A program made the translations under genes and the position numbers. Shown here piece after piece: positions 48,439 through 58,096 of a DNA stretch of 64,000 bases. The DNA is from Anaerolineae bacterium (GTDB lineage Bacteria; Chloroflexota; Anaerolineae; DRVO01), in assembly GCA_013178015.1 (NCBI GenBank), contig JABLXR010000005.1, positions 38,532 to 102,531 of the forward strand. Reading direction: 5' to 3'. The number at the start of each line of letters is the position of its first letter. Positions within the stretch are counted from its first letter, which is position 1. Under the pieces are notes generated by a model that saw only the letters and a list, made by a program, of their open reading frames with translations, searched no databases and was not told the DNA's origin.

Positions 48439-48629
48439 GGGACTCACCGCAAAGATCGCAGAGACCGCAGAGGATTGGCAAAGGCGAAGGGAAGAGGGAT
48501 GCAAGTCGCCGGGGGGATGGGAGGGCAGTGGCTCAGGTGCCCTTGCGCTGGCGGGCTGCGCTCTCTGATGCTCCCTGTACTCTCTCTGCGTCTTCTCTGC
48601 GTTCTCGGCCATCTCTGCGGTGATATCCC
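48439..48629. repeat. MITE-like element, same family (GGGACTCACCGCAAAGATCGCAGAGACCGCAGAGG...CTCTGCGGTGATATCCC)
   Basis: It exactly fills the spacer between the isomerase stop (48433) and the hemW ATG (48636). Confidence 0.65.
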
Positions 48630-48635
48630 TCCAGG

Positions 48636-49961
48636 GTGATGCTGATGGACTGCTGTGTCGGCCTGTACGTCCATATCCCCTTCTGCCGGCGGAAGTGCTC
48701 CTACTGCGACTTCGTCTCCGTGCCCGGGCACGAGGAGCTCTGGCGACCATACCTCGAGGTCCTGCTGGAAGAGATCGCCGCCCTGCCTCCCCGATGGCCG
48801 CGCACCCTCTACCTGGGCGGGGGCACCCCCACCCTCTGGCCCGCCGCACACCTGGCCTCTCTGATCGCCGCTGCCCACGCCGTCGGGTTGCCGGGGGACG
48901 CCGAGGTCACGGTGGAGGCCAACCCGGGGACGGTAGACGCGGCCAAGCTGGCCGCCCTCCGCGCCGCCGGCTGCAACCGGCTCAGCCTGGGGGTGCAGAG
49001 CACGTTCGAGGAGGAGCTACGGCTCTTGGGCCGGGTGCACACCTTCGCCCAGGCGCAGGAGGCGGTGCGACTGGCTCGGGCTGCCGGATTCGACAACCTC
49101 AGCCTGGACCTGATCTACGGGCTGCCGGGCCAGCGGCTGGCCCGGTGGGAAGCCGACCTGGACCGAGCTCTGGAGCTGGGAAGCGAGCACCTCTCCCTCT
49201 ACTGCCTGTCCCTGGAGCCCGGCACTCTCCTGGAGGCAGCGGTTCGCTGCGGAGACCTGCCCTGCCCCGATGCCGACTTGGCGGCGGACATGTACCTGGC
49301 CTCGGAGGATCGCCTAGCGCGGGCCGGCTACGGACACTACGAGATCTCCAATTGGGCCCGGCCGGCGAGAGAACCTAACCCCCCGGCCTCCTTCGCTGGA
49401 GGGGAAGGGAGAGCCAGACCGCCTCTTGCTTCCCACAATGGGGGCCAGGGAAGAGATCGCCTCAGAGGAGACCAGACCACCCTTCGGCTGAGCGGAAAGG
49501 AGCCGGTCCCCTCGTCTTCCGAGTGTGGAGGGGAGGCCGGGGAGGAGGGTTCTCCACTTCTCTTGACCTGCAAGCACAACTTGATATACTGGCGGAACGA
49601 GCCCTATGTGGGTCTGGGCGCGGGCGCTCATTCCTTCCTCGATGGTCGCCGCTTCGCGCGTGTGGATAGCCCCGAGGCCTACGTGGCTGCTACTCCTGAG
49701 GGCCGTGTGGTCTTTTCCGAAGGCGTGGATCGGTCGCTGGAGATGGCTGAGACGGCCATTCTCGGGCTCAGGTTGGTGGCCGGGCTGGAGAGAGCGCGGT
49801 TCCGGTCTCGCTTCGGTGAGGATCCGGTGGAGAGCTACCGGGAGCCCATCCGTTGGGCGACGGACCGGGGCCTGCTGGTGTACGATCAGTGCAGCGTCCG
49901 CCTGACCAGGCGTGGACGTCTCTTGAGCAACGAGGTCTTCGAGCGCTTTCTACCCGACTGA
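48636..49961 (+). CDS. hemW: Radical SAM heme chaperone HemW (HemN-like) with an in-frame insertion of about 65 aa
   Basis: Cluster motif CRRKCSYCDF and HemW C-terminal motifs (CKHNLIYWRNEPYVGLGAGAHSF). A low-complexity insertion at 49368-49565 is absent from canonical HemW. Confidence 0.8.
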   Translation: MMLMDCCVGLYVHIPFCRRKCSYCDFVSVPGHEELWRPYLEVLLEEIAALPPRWPRTLYLGGGTPTLWPAAHLASLIAAAHAVGLPGDAEVTVEANPGTVDAAKLAALRAAGCNRLSLGVQSTFEEELRLLGRVHTFAQAQEAVRLARAAGFDNLSLDLIYGLPGQRLARWEADLDRALELGSEHLSLYCLSLEPGTLLEAAVRCGDLPCPDADLAADMYLASEDRLARAGYGHYEISNWARPAREPNPPASFAGGEGRARPPLASHNGGQGRDRLRGDQTTLRLSGKEPVPSSSECGGEAGEEGSPLLLTCKHNLIYWRNEPYVGLGAGAHSFLDGRRFARVDSPEAYVAATPEGRVVFSEGVDRSLEMAETAILGLRLVAGLERARFRSRFGEDPVESYREPIRWATDRGLLVYDQCSVRLTRRGRLLSNEVFERFLPD

Positions 49962-50237
49962 TCGCCCTGTGGCTCCGCTTCTAGGCGGGCAGGAGCCGCA
50001 GCAAGGCGGGTGATGGGTTTGCCTCAGCTGCATCTTCGCCACGCCCTCCGCTCTTACGGGGCTGAGGCATATCGGCGTCCGTGTCTGTCGTGCCCTGGCG
50101 CCCGGCCGATATCGGTGGCGTCCGGAGCTCAAACGGTGCCGTCTTCGTGGCTTCAGTGCGGACATGCTCTTGATCTGGGCAGATGTTAGTTGTAGGGCCT
50201 GGGCTTCGCAGCCGGCCCCTCTACCGGGGGAACCACA

Positions 50238-51596
50238 ATGGACGCTGAGCGACTCTGGCAGACGGCTCAAGGTGAACTGCAGGTGCAGATGACCCGGGCC
50301 ATGTACGACACCTGGCTGCGGAACACCGAGGCGGTCTCGATGGAGGAGGGCGTCCTCACGGTGGCCGTGCGCAACTCCTTCGTCAAGGACTGGCTGGAGA
50401 ACCGCCTCATAGGCACAGTGCAGCGAACGGTGAGCAGCATCGCCGGCGAGCCCATAGACCTGCACTTCGTAGTGGCGGCGGCCGCTTCCTCCAGCGACGA
50501 ACCCGAGCCGGCCGTCCTCAATTCCTCCAGCGAGGAACTACGGGCCAATGGGGGCAGAGAGCGTCCGGTGCGGACGTCAAACATGCTCAATCCCCGCTAT
50601 CGGTTCGAGACCTTCATCGTGGGACCCGGCAATCGTATGGCCCACGCTGCCACCCAGGCGGTGGCCGACAACCCTGCCACCGCCTACAACCCTCTATTCA
50701 TCTACGGGGGGGTGGGGCTGGGCAAGACCCACCTCCTGCACGCGGCCGGGCACGTGCCTCTGGAGAAGGGGTACAACGTCCTCTACGTCTCCTCCGAGGA
50801 GTTCACCAACGATCTCATCAACTCCATCCGCAGCCACACCACGGAACAGTTCCGGGGCAAGTACCGCAACATAGACGTGCTGCTGATTGACGACATCCAG
50901 TTCATAGCCGGCAAGGAGCAGACGCAGGAGGAGTTCTTCCACACCTTCAACACCCTCCATGCTGCCAACAAGCAGATCATCATCTCCAGCGACCGACCCT
51001 CGAAAGCCATTCCCACGCTGGAGGAGCGGCTGCGCTCCCGGTTCGAGTGGGGCCTAACGGTGGACATCCAGCCGCCCGACCTGGAGACGCGCACGGCCAT
51101 TCTCCGGTCCAAGGCCGAGTATCAGCCCATCGCCGTCCCCGACGAGGTGCTGGACCTGATCGCCAACAAGGTGCAGAGCAACATCCGCGAGCTGGAGGGG
51201 GCGCTGAACAAGGTGGTGGCCCACGCCACCCTCACCCGCACCGCGCTCACCCTGGCTATGGCGGAGCAGGTGCTGGCGGAGATGTTCGGCCAGCCGGTGG
51301 CGGTGGACATCCCCGAGATCGTGGAGGCAGTGTGCCGGCACTTCCGGGTGACCAGCCAGGCCATCTACGGTCGCAGCCGGCGGGCGGACATCGCCCTGCC
51401 CCGCCAGATCGTCATGTACCTGGCCCGTACGGAGACTAACGCGTCTCTACCCCAGATCGGGGAGGCCCTGGGGGGGCGGGACCACACCACGGTGCTTTAC
51501 GCCTGCGACAAGATCTCCGACTTGGCGGAGCGGGACCCGGACTTGCGGCGGGACCTGATGGCGATTCGGGAGTTTCTATATCGGAAGGGAGGGTAG
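50238..51596 (+). CDS. dnaA: Chromosomal replication initiator DnaA
   Basis: N-terminal domain, AAA+ Walker A (GGVGLGKTHLL), Walker B (LLIDDIQF) and a C-terminal DNA-binding domain (TNASLPQIGEALGGRDHTTVLYA). Confidence 0.95.
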   Translation: MDAERLWQTAQGELQVQMTRAMYDTWLRNTEAVSMEEGVLTVAVRNSFVKDWLENRLIGTVQRTVSSIAGEPIDLHFVVAAAASSSDEPEPAVLNSSSEELRANGGRERPVRTSNMLNPRYRFETFIVGPGNRMAHAATQAVADNPATAYNPLFIYGGVGLGKTHLLHAAGHVPLEKGYNVLYVSSEEFTNDLINSIRSHTTEQFRGKYRNIDVLLIDDIQFIAGKEQTQEEFFHTFNTLHAANKQIIISSDRPSKAIPTLEERLRSRFEWGLTVDIQPPDLETRTAILRSKAEYQPIAVPDEVLDLIANKVQSNIRELEGALNKVVAHATLTRTALTLAMAEQVLAEMFGQPVAVDIPEIVEAVCRHFRVTSQAIYGRSRRADIALPRQIVMYLARTETNASLPQIGEALGGRDHTTVLYACDKISDLAERDPDLRRDLMAIREFLYRKGG

Positions 51597-51724
51597 GGCT
51601 CTCCACCGAAGCGGGAGGGCGGGGCGCCTCCAGCCGCCCAACGCCCTGTCAGTCCGGCCGAAGTGCCGGAGAGGCGAATCCGGCACCCAGTCTCGCCCAG
51701 GCGGCCCCCACCATCTCGCCCAGA

Positions 51725-51795
51725 CCTCACGCAAAGACGCCAAGGCGCAAAGGAGTACGGCAAGGGATCTTGGCCTCCTTGCGCCTTTGCGTGAG
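51725..51795. repeat. Imperfect hairpin element of CGCAAAG-word type
   Basis: CCTCACGCAAAGACGCCAAGGCGCAAAGGAG...CTCCTTGCGCCTTTGCGTGAG sits between the dnaA stop and the stop of the convergent ATC-hydrolase-like gene. Its words match 556-619. Confidence 0.6.
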
Positions 51796-51809
51796 TATCC
51801 CTGCTCCAG

Positions 51810-52481
51810 TCACCCGGAGTCTCTCAGGAACGGCGGAGGCCACCCACACGCAGTGCCCTCTCCCCGGCGGTAGCGGAAGTCGCAGCGGTCGTGGCCCTGG
51901 GCCAGAGTCTTCGTCCGGGAGAAGCCCCAGCCCTCGGCCCGGTGGGTGACGAAGTCCAGGTAGCAGTAGAAGGGCAGGAACTCCTCCGCCCCGTGGGCGC
52001 GATACAGCTTCTGGGTGCCGCACTGGAGGAAGTCGTAACCGTACTCGGTGCGCCCGCCGTCCCCCTCGACGAACTCCCACACCCAGTCCCCCGGATACCG
52101 GCGCTGACGCGAGCGCGCTGCCTCCTCCCGCTTGGCCGCCACTTGTTCCTGCGTCAGGCCATCGAACGCCTGCCGAGGTAGGGTGGCGACGCGGGCGGCG
52201 ACGGCGTGGTAGATCACCCAGCCGGCTTCCTCGGCTGAGTGCCCGGACCGGCGCATGGCCAGGTACAGGGCCAGGCTGGTGACGGAGCGCCGGAGGTGAC
52301 GGGTCATGGGGTTGGCGTCGCCTCCGATGTCGGGGATGGTGGGAATGATGCGCTCCAACTCCTTCCGAGCCTCCCTCGCGATGCAGTCGGCGGCAGCCTG
52401 GCCGTGCCTCTGGACCAGGAGCGGTCGCCAGGCCTGGGCGTGGTCGTGGAACAGGGCCAGGACCTGGTCCCGGTCCGACAA
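51810..52481 (-). CDS. L-2-amino-thiazoline-4-carboxylic acid hydrolase-like protein
   Basis: C-terminal Cys/aromatic pattern (FLPFYCYLDF...CDFRY). The assignment is from recollection. Confidence 0.45.
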   Translation of the reverse strand: MSDRDQVLALFHDHAQAWRPLLVQRHGQAAADCIAREARKELERIIPTIPDIGGDANPMTRHLRRSVTSLALYLAMRRSGHSAEEAGWVIYHAVAARVATLPRQAFDGLTQEQVAAKREEAARSRQRRYPGDWVWEFVEGDGGRTEYGYDFLQCGTQKLYRAHGAEEFLPFYCYLDFVTHRAEGWGFSRTKTLAQGHDRCDFRYRRGEGTACGWPPPFLRDSG

Positions 52482-52525
52482 GGTCCCCGGGGAAGCCGAG
52501 ATCTCTTCGATGCGGTCCCTCCTCC

Positions 52526-53131
52526 CTAGTCCTCCCGACGCGCTGCCAGCAGCTCTCGTAGGCTCTCGGCGGTGAGGCTGGCGCCGGTCAGGTCCAGCCC
52601 ACTGAGGTCGAGCCCCTGCAGGTCTGCTCCCTCTTCGAGTACGGCCCCGGTGAGGTCGGCGTTCTCCAGGTTGCTCCCTTGCAGGTTGACTCTGGGCAAC
52701 ACCGCTCCCGTCAGGTCGGCCTGGCGCAGGGTGGCTCCCTGCAGGTTGGCCTCCCGCAGGACGGCCCCGGTGAGGTCGGCCCGGCGGAGGTCGGCGTTCT
52801 GCAGGTTGGCCCGTCGCAGGACGGCTCCGGTGAGGTCGCTGCCGCGCAGGTCGGCACCCTGCAGGTTGGCGTCCTGCAGGTCGGCTCCCGTGAGGTCGGC
52901 GGCCTCCAGCCTGGCGCCCCGGAGTCGGGTGCCCCTCAGGTTGGCTCCGGCAGCGTTGTCCAGGACAGGCCGGGCGCGGGGCGGCCTGGGCGGGGGCTCC
53001 AGCCTACCCCGTCGCGAAGAGGGAGCAGCCGGTTGCCGGTGGGCGAGGGCCGCGAGGAGGCCGTCGGCCTCCTCGGCAGTGATGCGGCCTTCCTGCACCA
53101 TTCTCAGTATCCGCATTCGCTCTTCGCTCAT
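52526..53131 (-). CDS. SHOCT-like N-terminal domain + pentapeptide-repeat protein
   Basis: N-terminal MSEERMRILRMVQEGRITAEEADGLLAAL, then about 20 A(D/N)LxG pentapeptide repeats. Confidence 0.75.
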   Translation of the reverse strand: MSEERMRILRMVQEGRITAEEADGLLAALAHRQPAAPSSRRGRLEPPPRPPRARPVLDNAAGANLRGTRLRGARLEAADLTGADLQDANLQGADLRGSDLTGAVLRRANLQNADLRRADLTGAVLREANLQGATLRQADLTGAVLPRVNLQGSNLENADLTGAVLEEGADLQGLDLSGLDLTGASLTAESLRELLAARRED

Positions 53132-53140
53132 GCCTGCCTC

Positions 53141-54196
53141 TCAGTTAGCTTCGCGCCGCTGGCGCAGCGCGCGCACCTCCGCGGCGCTCAGGCGGGCGCC
53201 GGTCAGGTCGAGGTCCCGGAGATCCAGGCCGCTCAGATCGGCACCTTCTTCGAACACCGTGCCCATCAGAGACGAGTCCCTCAGGTCTGTCCCCTGGAGG
53301 TTGGCCTTGGGCAATACCGCCCCCATCAGGTCGGCATCGCGGAGGACCGCGCCCTGCAGATTGGCGCCGTCTAGGACTGCGCCCATCAGGTTGGCGTCCC
53401 GTAGGTCGGCGCCCTCCAGGTTGGCGTCCCGCAGAATGGCTCCCTTGAGATCGGCATCGCGCAGATCGGCGTCGTGCAGGTTGGCGCCGGTGAGGTTGGC
53501 TCCCTTGAGGTCGGCACCCTCGAGCCTCGCCCCCTCTAGGTTGGTGCCCTCCAACACTGCCCCGGCGAGGTTGCCGAATGAGGCCCCGTGCCTGTCCGCC
53601 CTCTCTGCCCTGGCGGCGTCCCTCTCCAGGCGCGCGGTCATCCGCTGCAGCTCGGCGTTCAGCCGGCGCACGGCCGCCTCGATCTGGGGCTGCACCTCTT
53701 TCATCGTCTGCTCGGTGGCGGCCCGCACCGAATCCACCAGCCGCTCCGCCTGAGCCGCTATCTGCTGCCTCTGGGTGGAGTCAACCATCTCATTGATCAT
53801 CCGGCTCACTTCCTGGGCCAGCCTGTTCGCGTGCCCCTCGAACTCCTTCCAGTACTCGGAGTGGAAGCCGGCTCGCACAGCCTCGCCTACGCTCTCGCCC
53901 AGGTCCGCCAACTGCTCCTCCACCTCGCGCCAGGCCTCCTGGGTGCGCTTCCAGTCCTGACGCTGGCGCTCGGGCTCGGGCGCGCCGGGCATCTTCTCGG
54001 CGACGGGCTTTCCCTCGGCGGTCGGCGGCTCCGACGTCTCAGCTACTGGTTCCGGCGAAGGCTCGGGCGGCCGGGGCGGTTCCTCTACCACCGGCGGCTC
54101 GCCCAGGGCCTCCAGGAGGTCGTTGGCCTCCTCGGGGGTAAGCCTACCCTCCTGGAGCATTCTCAGTATCCGCAGCCGTTCCTCGCTCATGGCCAT
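53141..54196 (-). CDS. SHOCT-like N-terminal domain + coiled-coil + pentapeptide-repeat protein, paralog of 52526-53131
   Basis: Start MAMSEERLRILRMLQEGRLTPEEANDLLEAL, with GGGAGGG upstream. A Pro/Glu linker, a charged helical middle, then pentapeptide repeats. Confidence 0.75.
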   Translation of the reverse strand: MAMSEERLRILRMLQEGRLTPEEANDLLEALGEPPVVEEPPRPPEPSPEPVAETSEPPTAEGKPVAEKMPGAPEPERQRQDWKRTQEAWREVEEQLADLGESVGEAVRAGFHSEYWKEFEGHANRLAQEVSRMINEMVDSTQRQQIAAQAERLVDSVRAATEQTMKEVQPQIEAAVRRLNAELQRMTARLERDAARAERADRHGASFGNLAGAVLEGTNLEGARLEGADLKGANLTGANLHDADLRDADLKGAILRDANLEGADLRDANLMGAVLDGANLQGAVLRDADLMGAVLPKANLQGTDLRDSSLMGTVFEEGADLSGLDLRDLDLTGARLSAAEVRALRQRREAN

Positions 54197-54353
54197 CCCT
54201 CCCGGATTGGCTACCTCTGACTCGGCCACCAATCTTGTCTCTTTCCTCCCCGGGCTCGACGCTCTCCGGTCTCCCACAAGGCGGTGCCACACTCCTCTTA
54301 GGGTCGAACTCCGCGCTCCGGGCATGCCACTGTTCATGATCGTGCCTCCTTGC

Positions 54354-54767
54354 TCAGCTGCGGTCGCGCTCTGAGGCCAGGGACGAGAGCAGGGTGGCCG
54401 CCTCCTTGGCCCCTATCTCCCCGGCCTCCAATTGGTCCAGCACTTCCCTTCGCCGAGCTGCCACTTCCTCGGGAGTGGGTGCTCCCTCCGCCTCGTCGAA
54501 CCCCATCTCCTGGATTACCTCGCTGAGACGGGTACGCAGAGTCCAGTAGGACTCTCCCAGCTCCCGCTCCATCTCCTTGAGGTTGCCCCGGCGCCGGACG
54601 AAAAGCTCCACGAACCGGAGGCTCTCAGGCGAGAGGTTGCCCAGGGCGCAGGGCTCGTAGCGGGCCAGAATGACGGTCTCGCAGTCTCGACACTCCAACC
54701 TGGTCGCTTCCAGCCTGCCGCCACAATTGGGGCATCTGGTCAACATCGTGCGTGCCATCCCCTTCAC
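54354..54767 (-). CDS. DUF2089-like zinc-ribbon protein with a SHOCT-like C-terminus
   Basis: Zinc ribbon CPNCGG...CRDC. C-terminal PEEVAARRREVLDQLEAGEIGAKEAATLLSSL resembles the N-termini of the two downstream genes. Confidence 0.5.
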   Translation of the reverse strand: MKGMARTMLTRCPNCGGRLEATRLECRDCETVILARYEPCALGNLSPESLRFVELFVRRRGNLKEMERELGESYWTLRTRLSEVIQEMGFDEAEGAPTPEEVAARRREVLDQLEAGEIGAKEAATLLSSLASERDRS

Positions 54768-54834
54768 CTCCGCACGTTTTGCGGCAGTCTACAACAGCTT
54801 TGGCAGGCTGTCAAGAGGGGGTGACGCAGGAACG

Positions 54835-54956
54835 GCTAGAACGAGGATCGAACGCAGATCGCGCGGATGCTACGCAGATCAACGCTGATCGGGAAAGGCG
54901 AATGTCCAACCCTCAGCGGAGGTTAGCGTAGTATCAGCAGCATCAGCGTTCTGTCG
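54835..54956. repeat. Imperfect hairpin element of CGCAGATC/CGCTGATC-word type
   Basis: It is related to 37567-37659 (shared TGTCAA...GGATAGAACG...ATCAGCGTTCTGTCG). It sits between the DUF2089 start and the esterase stop. Confidence 0.6.
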
Positions 54957-54976
54957 CTCTACGGCTCCGCCGCAGG

Positions 54977-57082
54977 TTAAGAGGGTAGGACCGGCTGGCC
55001 TGCCAGGGCTGGAGACTTCTGCCAGAGCTCGTGGGAGACCGTCTTGAGAGCGTCGGCCGCCCTTGCCTCGGCGTAGGCGCGGCGGGCTGCCTGCAGCTCC
55101 TCGGCGAGAGCCTCCCGGCTCAGACGGACGCCGTTTTGGTCCATCGCGTTCACCAGCGTCAGCGGGCGGGGTGCCAGGGAAGCCATCAGATCGGGCAGAT
55201 CGTAGGCAGTCAGGGCACCGGGCACGAAGGTGGATGGGTCGGCGGCGTAGAAGCGGCTGGCTACCACCGAGCAGTAGGAGGCCAACGGCTCCACCAGGGT
55301 GACTGCAGCTATGCCGTCGTCAAAGGCGGCGGCATGCAGCAGGGCCGGGCAGAGGGTGCCCCGGGCCAGGCCGCTCACCCCTGGGCCGCTGACCTGGGGT
55401 TTGGCGGACAAGAATCGGCAGCAGCGGACGAGGTCGCCCGCCTGGATGCCCACCACGCTCCGGCCTATGAGTGCGGCGGCGAAGGCCTCCTGGTAGGTGA
55501 GGCGCCCCTCGGGGCCGGCCAGCTCGCCGTAGCCGAGGAGATCTGGCGCCAGGACCGCGTAGCCCTCGGCCACCAGCCGCTCCATCTCCTCTCCCGGGGC
55601 GGCATCAGCCTCCTTGCCCGCCGGGTTGAGGTACAACAGGCCGGGGAAGGGACCATCCCCATCGGGCACGAGCAGCAGCACCGGTAGGCGGTAGTCGCCT
55701 TCGCCCCGGATCAGGTAGCGCTCGATGCTGTACCCCTGGCGCCGGTAGCGCCCAGTGAAGACGGCGTCGGGCTGAGGTTCCGGCTCGACGTAGCCGGACA
55801 GCCGCCGGGCGGCCGTCACCGCGTCTCCCGTCCGAACGGCCGCCGCTGTCTCGGCTTCCTTGGCGTTCAGGCTGCAGACCGTCTCTCCGCCCAGGGAGGT
55901 GAGTGCCTGACCCGTGGCGGTGATCTGCAGCTCCTCGGCGGTAAGGTACTCCACCTCCTCCTCCGCTGGGTCGCCGGGCAGGTCTAGGTAGCGCTGGAAG
56001 AAGTCGTAGGTGGCCTCGCGGATGGTGGGAGTGTAGCCGTGGATGTCGTCGTCCTCGGCCAGCAGGAGATCGTCCTCGCGGCCCAGGGCGGCGAAGGCGC
56101 GGCGCACCTCGGCCACCGTCTCCCGCACCCCCTGGATGCTGAAGAAGTCGCGGGTGGTGGCCACGACCAGGGTGGGCTTGGGAGCGCGCGCGATGAGCAG
56201 GTCGGCGTGGTCCAGGCCCTGGGCGATGCCGCGGGGGAAGTTCTGCTCCGCGTCCTGGGGACCGATGGACTCCAGCAGGCGGCGGAAGCCGGTGATGTAG
56301 CAGGCGGGGGACGACGCCGCCACCCGGTCGTCGAAGGCACTCAGGTACGCCGTGGCCGTGCCCCCACCGGACAGGCCGGTGACGCCGAGGCGCTGCGGGT
56401 CCACCTCGTCGCGAGAGGCGAGGTAGTCGAGGGCCCGCATGCCGTCCCAGATCCAGTAGCGGGCCAGGCAGGAACCGGCCAGGAAGCACTGGTGGCCGAC
56501 GTAGGAGTGCTCGGTGGTGGAGCCACCTATGCGCGAACGGCCGATGGCGGGATCGTAGTACTGCAGGCGCTCGCCCTGCCCGGGCGGGTCGAAGGTGAAG
56601 ACGACGAAGCCCTTCTGCACCAGGTTGAGGATGAGCTGCTGGTAGTACCAGGCGCGGAAGGCGATGTCGGTGTGGCCGATAGGGTTGAGGATGGCCGGTG
56701 CCCGCCCCTTCAGGCTTTCGGGGACAAACAGGCAGCCGGTGAGGTAGAACTCCGGCCGCACTTCCAGGACCACCTTCTCCATGCGGTACCCTAGCTTGAC
56801 CAGGGTGCCCACCGTGCGGGCGTTGAGGGGCGTTCGCTCGGGGAAGGGGCCGACCACTTCCTGCAGCCGGTCCCTCACGCTCTGTCGGTACTTGGCCCAC
56901 TTCTCCGCCGTGTCCAGACAGGCGACTGTCTCCTTGCGCCGGCGGAGAAAGTCGAACGCCTGGCCGGCCAGGTGCCGATAGAGAGGGCTGGCCTGGCCCG
57001 AGTACATGAGCCATGAGGACAGCACCGACAGGTCTTCCGCGGGGGCGGGGTTGACGCTACGAGGGGATCTCACTGACGGCAT
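54977..57082 (-). CDS. Tandem alpha/beta-hydrolase protein (acetyl-xylan-esterase or dienelactone-hydrolase-like, two domains)
   Basis: Two GxSxG nucleophile elbows (GLSGGG; GHQCFLAGS/GHTDIAF context). GGAGGG 8 nt upstream of the ATG. Confidence 0.7.
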   Translation of the reverse strand: MPSVRSPRSVNPAPAEDLSVLSSWLMYSGQASPLYRHLAGQAFDFLRRRKETVACLDTAEKWAKYRQSVRDRLQEVVGPFPERTPLNARTVGTLVKLGYRMEKVVLEVRPEFYLTGCLFVPESLKGRAPAILNPIGHTDIAFRAWYYQQLILNLVQKGFVVFTFDPPGQGERLQYYDPAIGRSRIGGSTTEHSYVGHQCFLAGSCLARYWIWDGMRALDYLASRDEVDPQRLGVTGLSGGGTATAYLSAFDDRVAASSPACYITGFRRLLESIGPQDAEQNFPRGIAQGLDHADLLIARAPKPTLVVATTRDFFSIQGVRETVAEVRRAFAALGREDDLLLAEDDDIHGYTPTIREATYDFFQRYLDLPGDPAEEEVEYLTAEELQITATGQALTSLGGETVCSLNAKEAETAAAVRTGDAVTAARRLSGYVEPEPQPDAVFTGRYRRQGYSIERYLIRGEGDYRLPVLLLVPDGDGPFPGLLYLNPAGKEADAAPGEEMERLVAEGYAVLAPDLLGYGELAGPEGRLTYQEAFAAALIGRSVVGIQAGDLVRCCRFLSAKPQVSGPGVSGLARGTLCPALLHAAAFDDGIAAVTLVEPLASYCSVVASRFYAADPSTFVPGALTAYDLPDLMASLAPRPLTLVNAMDQNGVRLSREALAEELQAARRAYAEARAADALKTVSHELWQKSPALAGQPVLPS

Positions 57083-57294
57083 CGTTTGGTCCCTCCGGCC
57101 TGTGCGGCTGTGTCTGCATCATACCACCGGCGCCGCTCGTATGGGAGAGGACATGGCCGGGAGCGCTCGTCAGCCCTTGTGGGCCTGCCGAGCCAGATCC
57201 GAGATGCGAATGGCGCGCTTCGCCAAGGGACTCAAGTAGGTCCCACCTTGAACTTGGTCTAGAATGGGGCCAATCGGGACCAGGGAGCGCAGGC

Positions 57295-57966
57295 GTGGAC
57301 GTACGAACCATCACCGTTTCATTCATCCTCAACTTCTCGGTGAACTGCTACCTCGTCAGCGCTGGCGAGGGCTTCGTCCTGGTAGACACAGGGGTCTCCA
57401 ACCGGCGCGCCTTTCTGGAGAGGGAGTTGGAGCGAGCCGGCTGCCATCCGAGGGACCTCAACCTCATCATCCTCACCCACGGCGACTTCGACCACTCGGG
57501 CAACGCCGCCTACCTCCGGGACCGGTTCCAGACGAAGGTGGCCATGCACCAGGGCGACCTCGGCTTCGTCGAACGCGGGGATATGTTCCACAACCGCAAG
57601 CAGCCCAACGCCATGGTAAAGGCCTTGATGGGCCTCTTCTCCCGCCTTGCGCCGGAGGACCGGTTCACCCCGGACGTCTACCTAGAAGACGGGGCAGACC
57701 TGTCCGAGTACGGACTGGACGCCCGCGTTATCAACGTCACCGGTCACTCGCGGGGCTCGCTGGTGATCCTGACGGGAGAGGGCGACCTGTTCTGCGGGGA
57801 CCTGATCGGCAACACGCGCAGGCCGGAGCTCTGGAGCATCATGGACGATCGGGAGGCCGCTCGAGCCAGCGTGGAAAGGCTCAAGAGGCTGCCGGTGCGG
57901 GTCGTCTATCCAGGGCACGGGAAGCCGTTCTCGGGGGAGGAGTTGCGCCAGATCGGCGTGAGGTAG
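57295..57966 (+). CDS. MBL-fold metallo-hydrolase
   Basis: Motif ILTHGDFDHSGN (HxHxDH variant) and a later GHSRG. Confidence 0.8.
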   Translation: MDVRTITVSFILNFSVNCYLVSAGEGFVLVDTGVSNRRAFLERELERAGCHPRDLNLIILTHGDFDHSGNAAYLRDRFQTKVAMHQGDLGFVERGDMFHNRKQPNAMVKALMGLFSRLAPEDRFTPDVYLEDGADLSEYGLDARVINVTGHSRGSLVILTGEGDLFCGDLIGNTRRPELWSIMDDREAARASVERLKRLPVRVVYPGHGKPFSGEELRQIGVR

Positions 57967-58096
57967 GCAGACGGACTGGTGCCGTAGGAGCTACGCAAGA
58001 ACCACTGGCAGATCAGTGTCGGGCTTGCCTCGGCCCCTCGCGAGAACGGCTGAGGTCGCCTGCTCCTCTGTGAGGGTGTGCCGGGGCAAGCAGCCC

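Noticed and set aside
55605-57014. 469-aa minus-strand ORF in another frame of the esterase gene
   Set aside because: Arg/Pro/Gly-rich with no domain signal. The 701-aa frame has two alpha/beta-hydrolase nucleophile elbows and a strong RBS.
57190-57260. Possible promoter or small hairpin (GCGAATGGCGCGCTTCGC; TTGAAC..TAGAAT) upstream of the MBL hydrolase gene
   Set aside because: The spacer between the -35-like and -10-like hexamers is only about 6 nt and the stem is short. It is not convincing enough to call.
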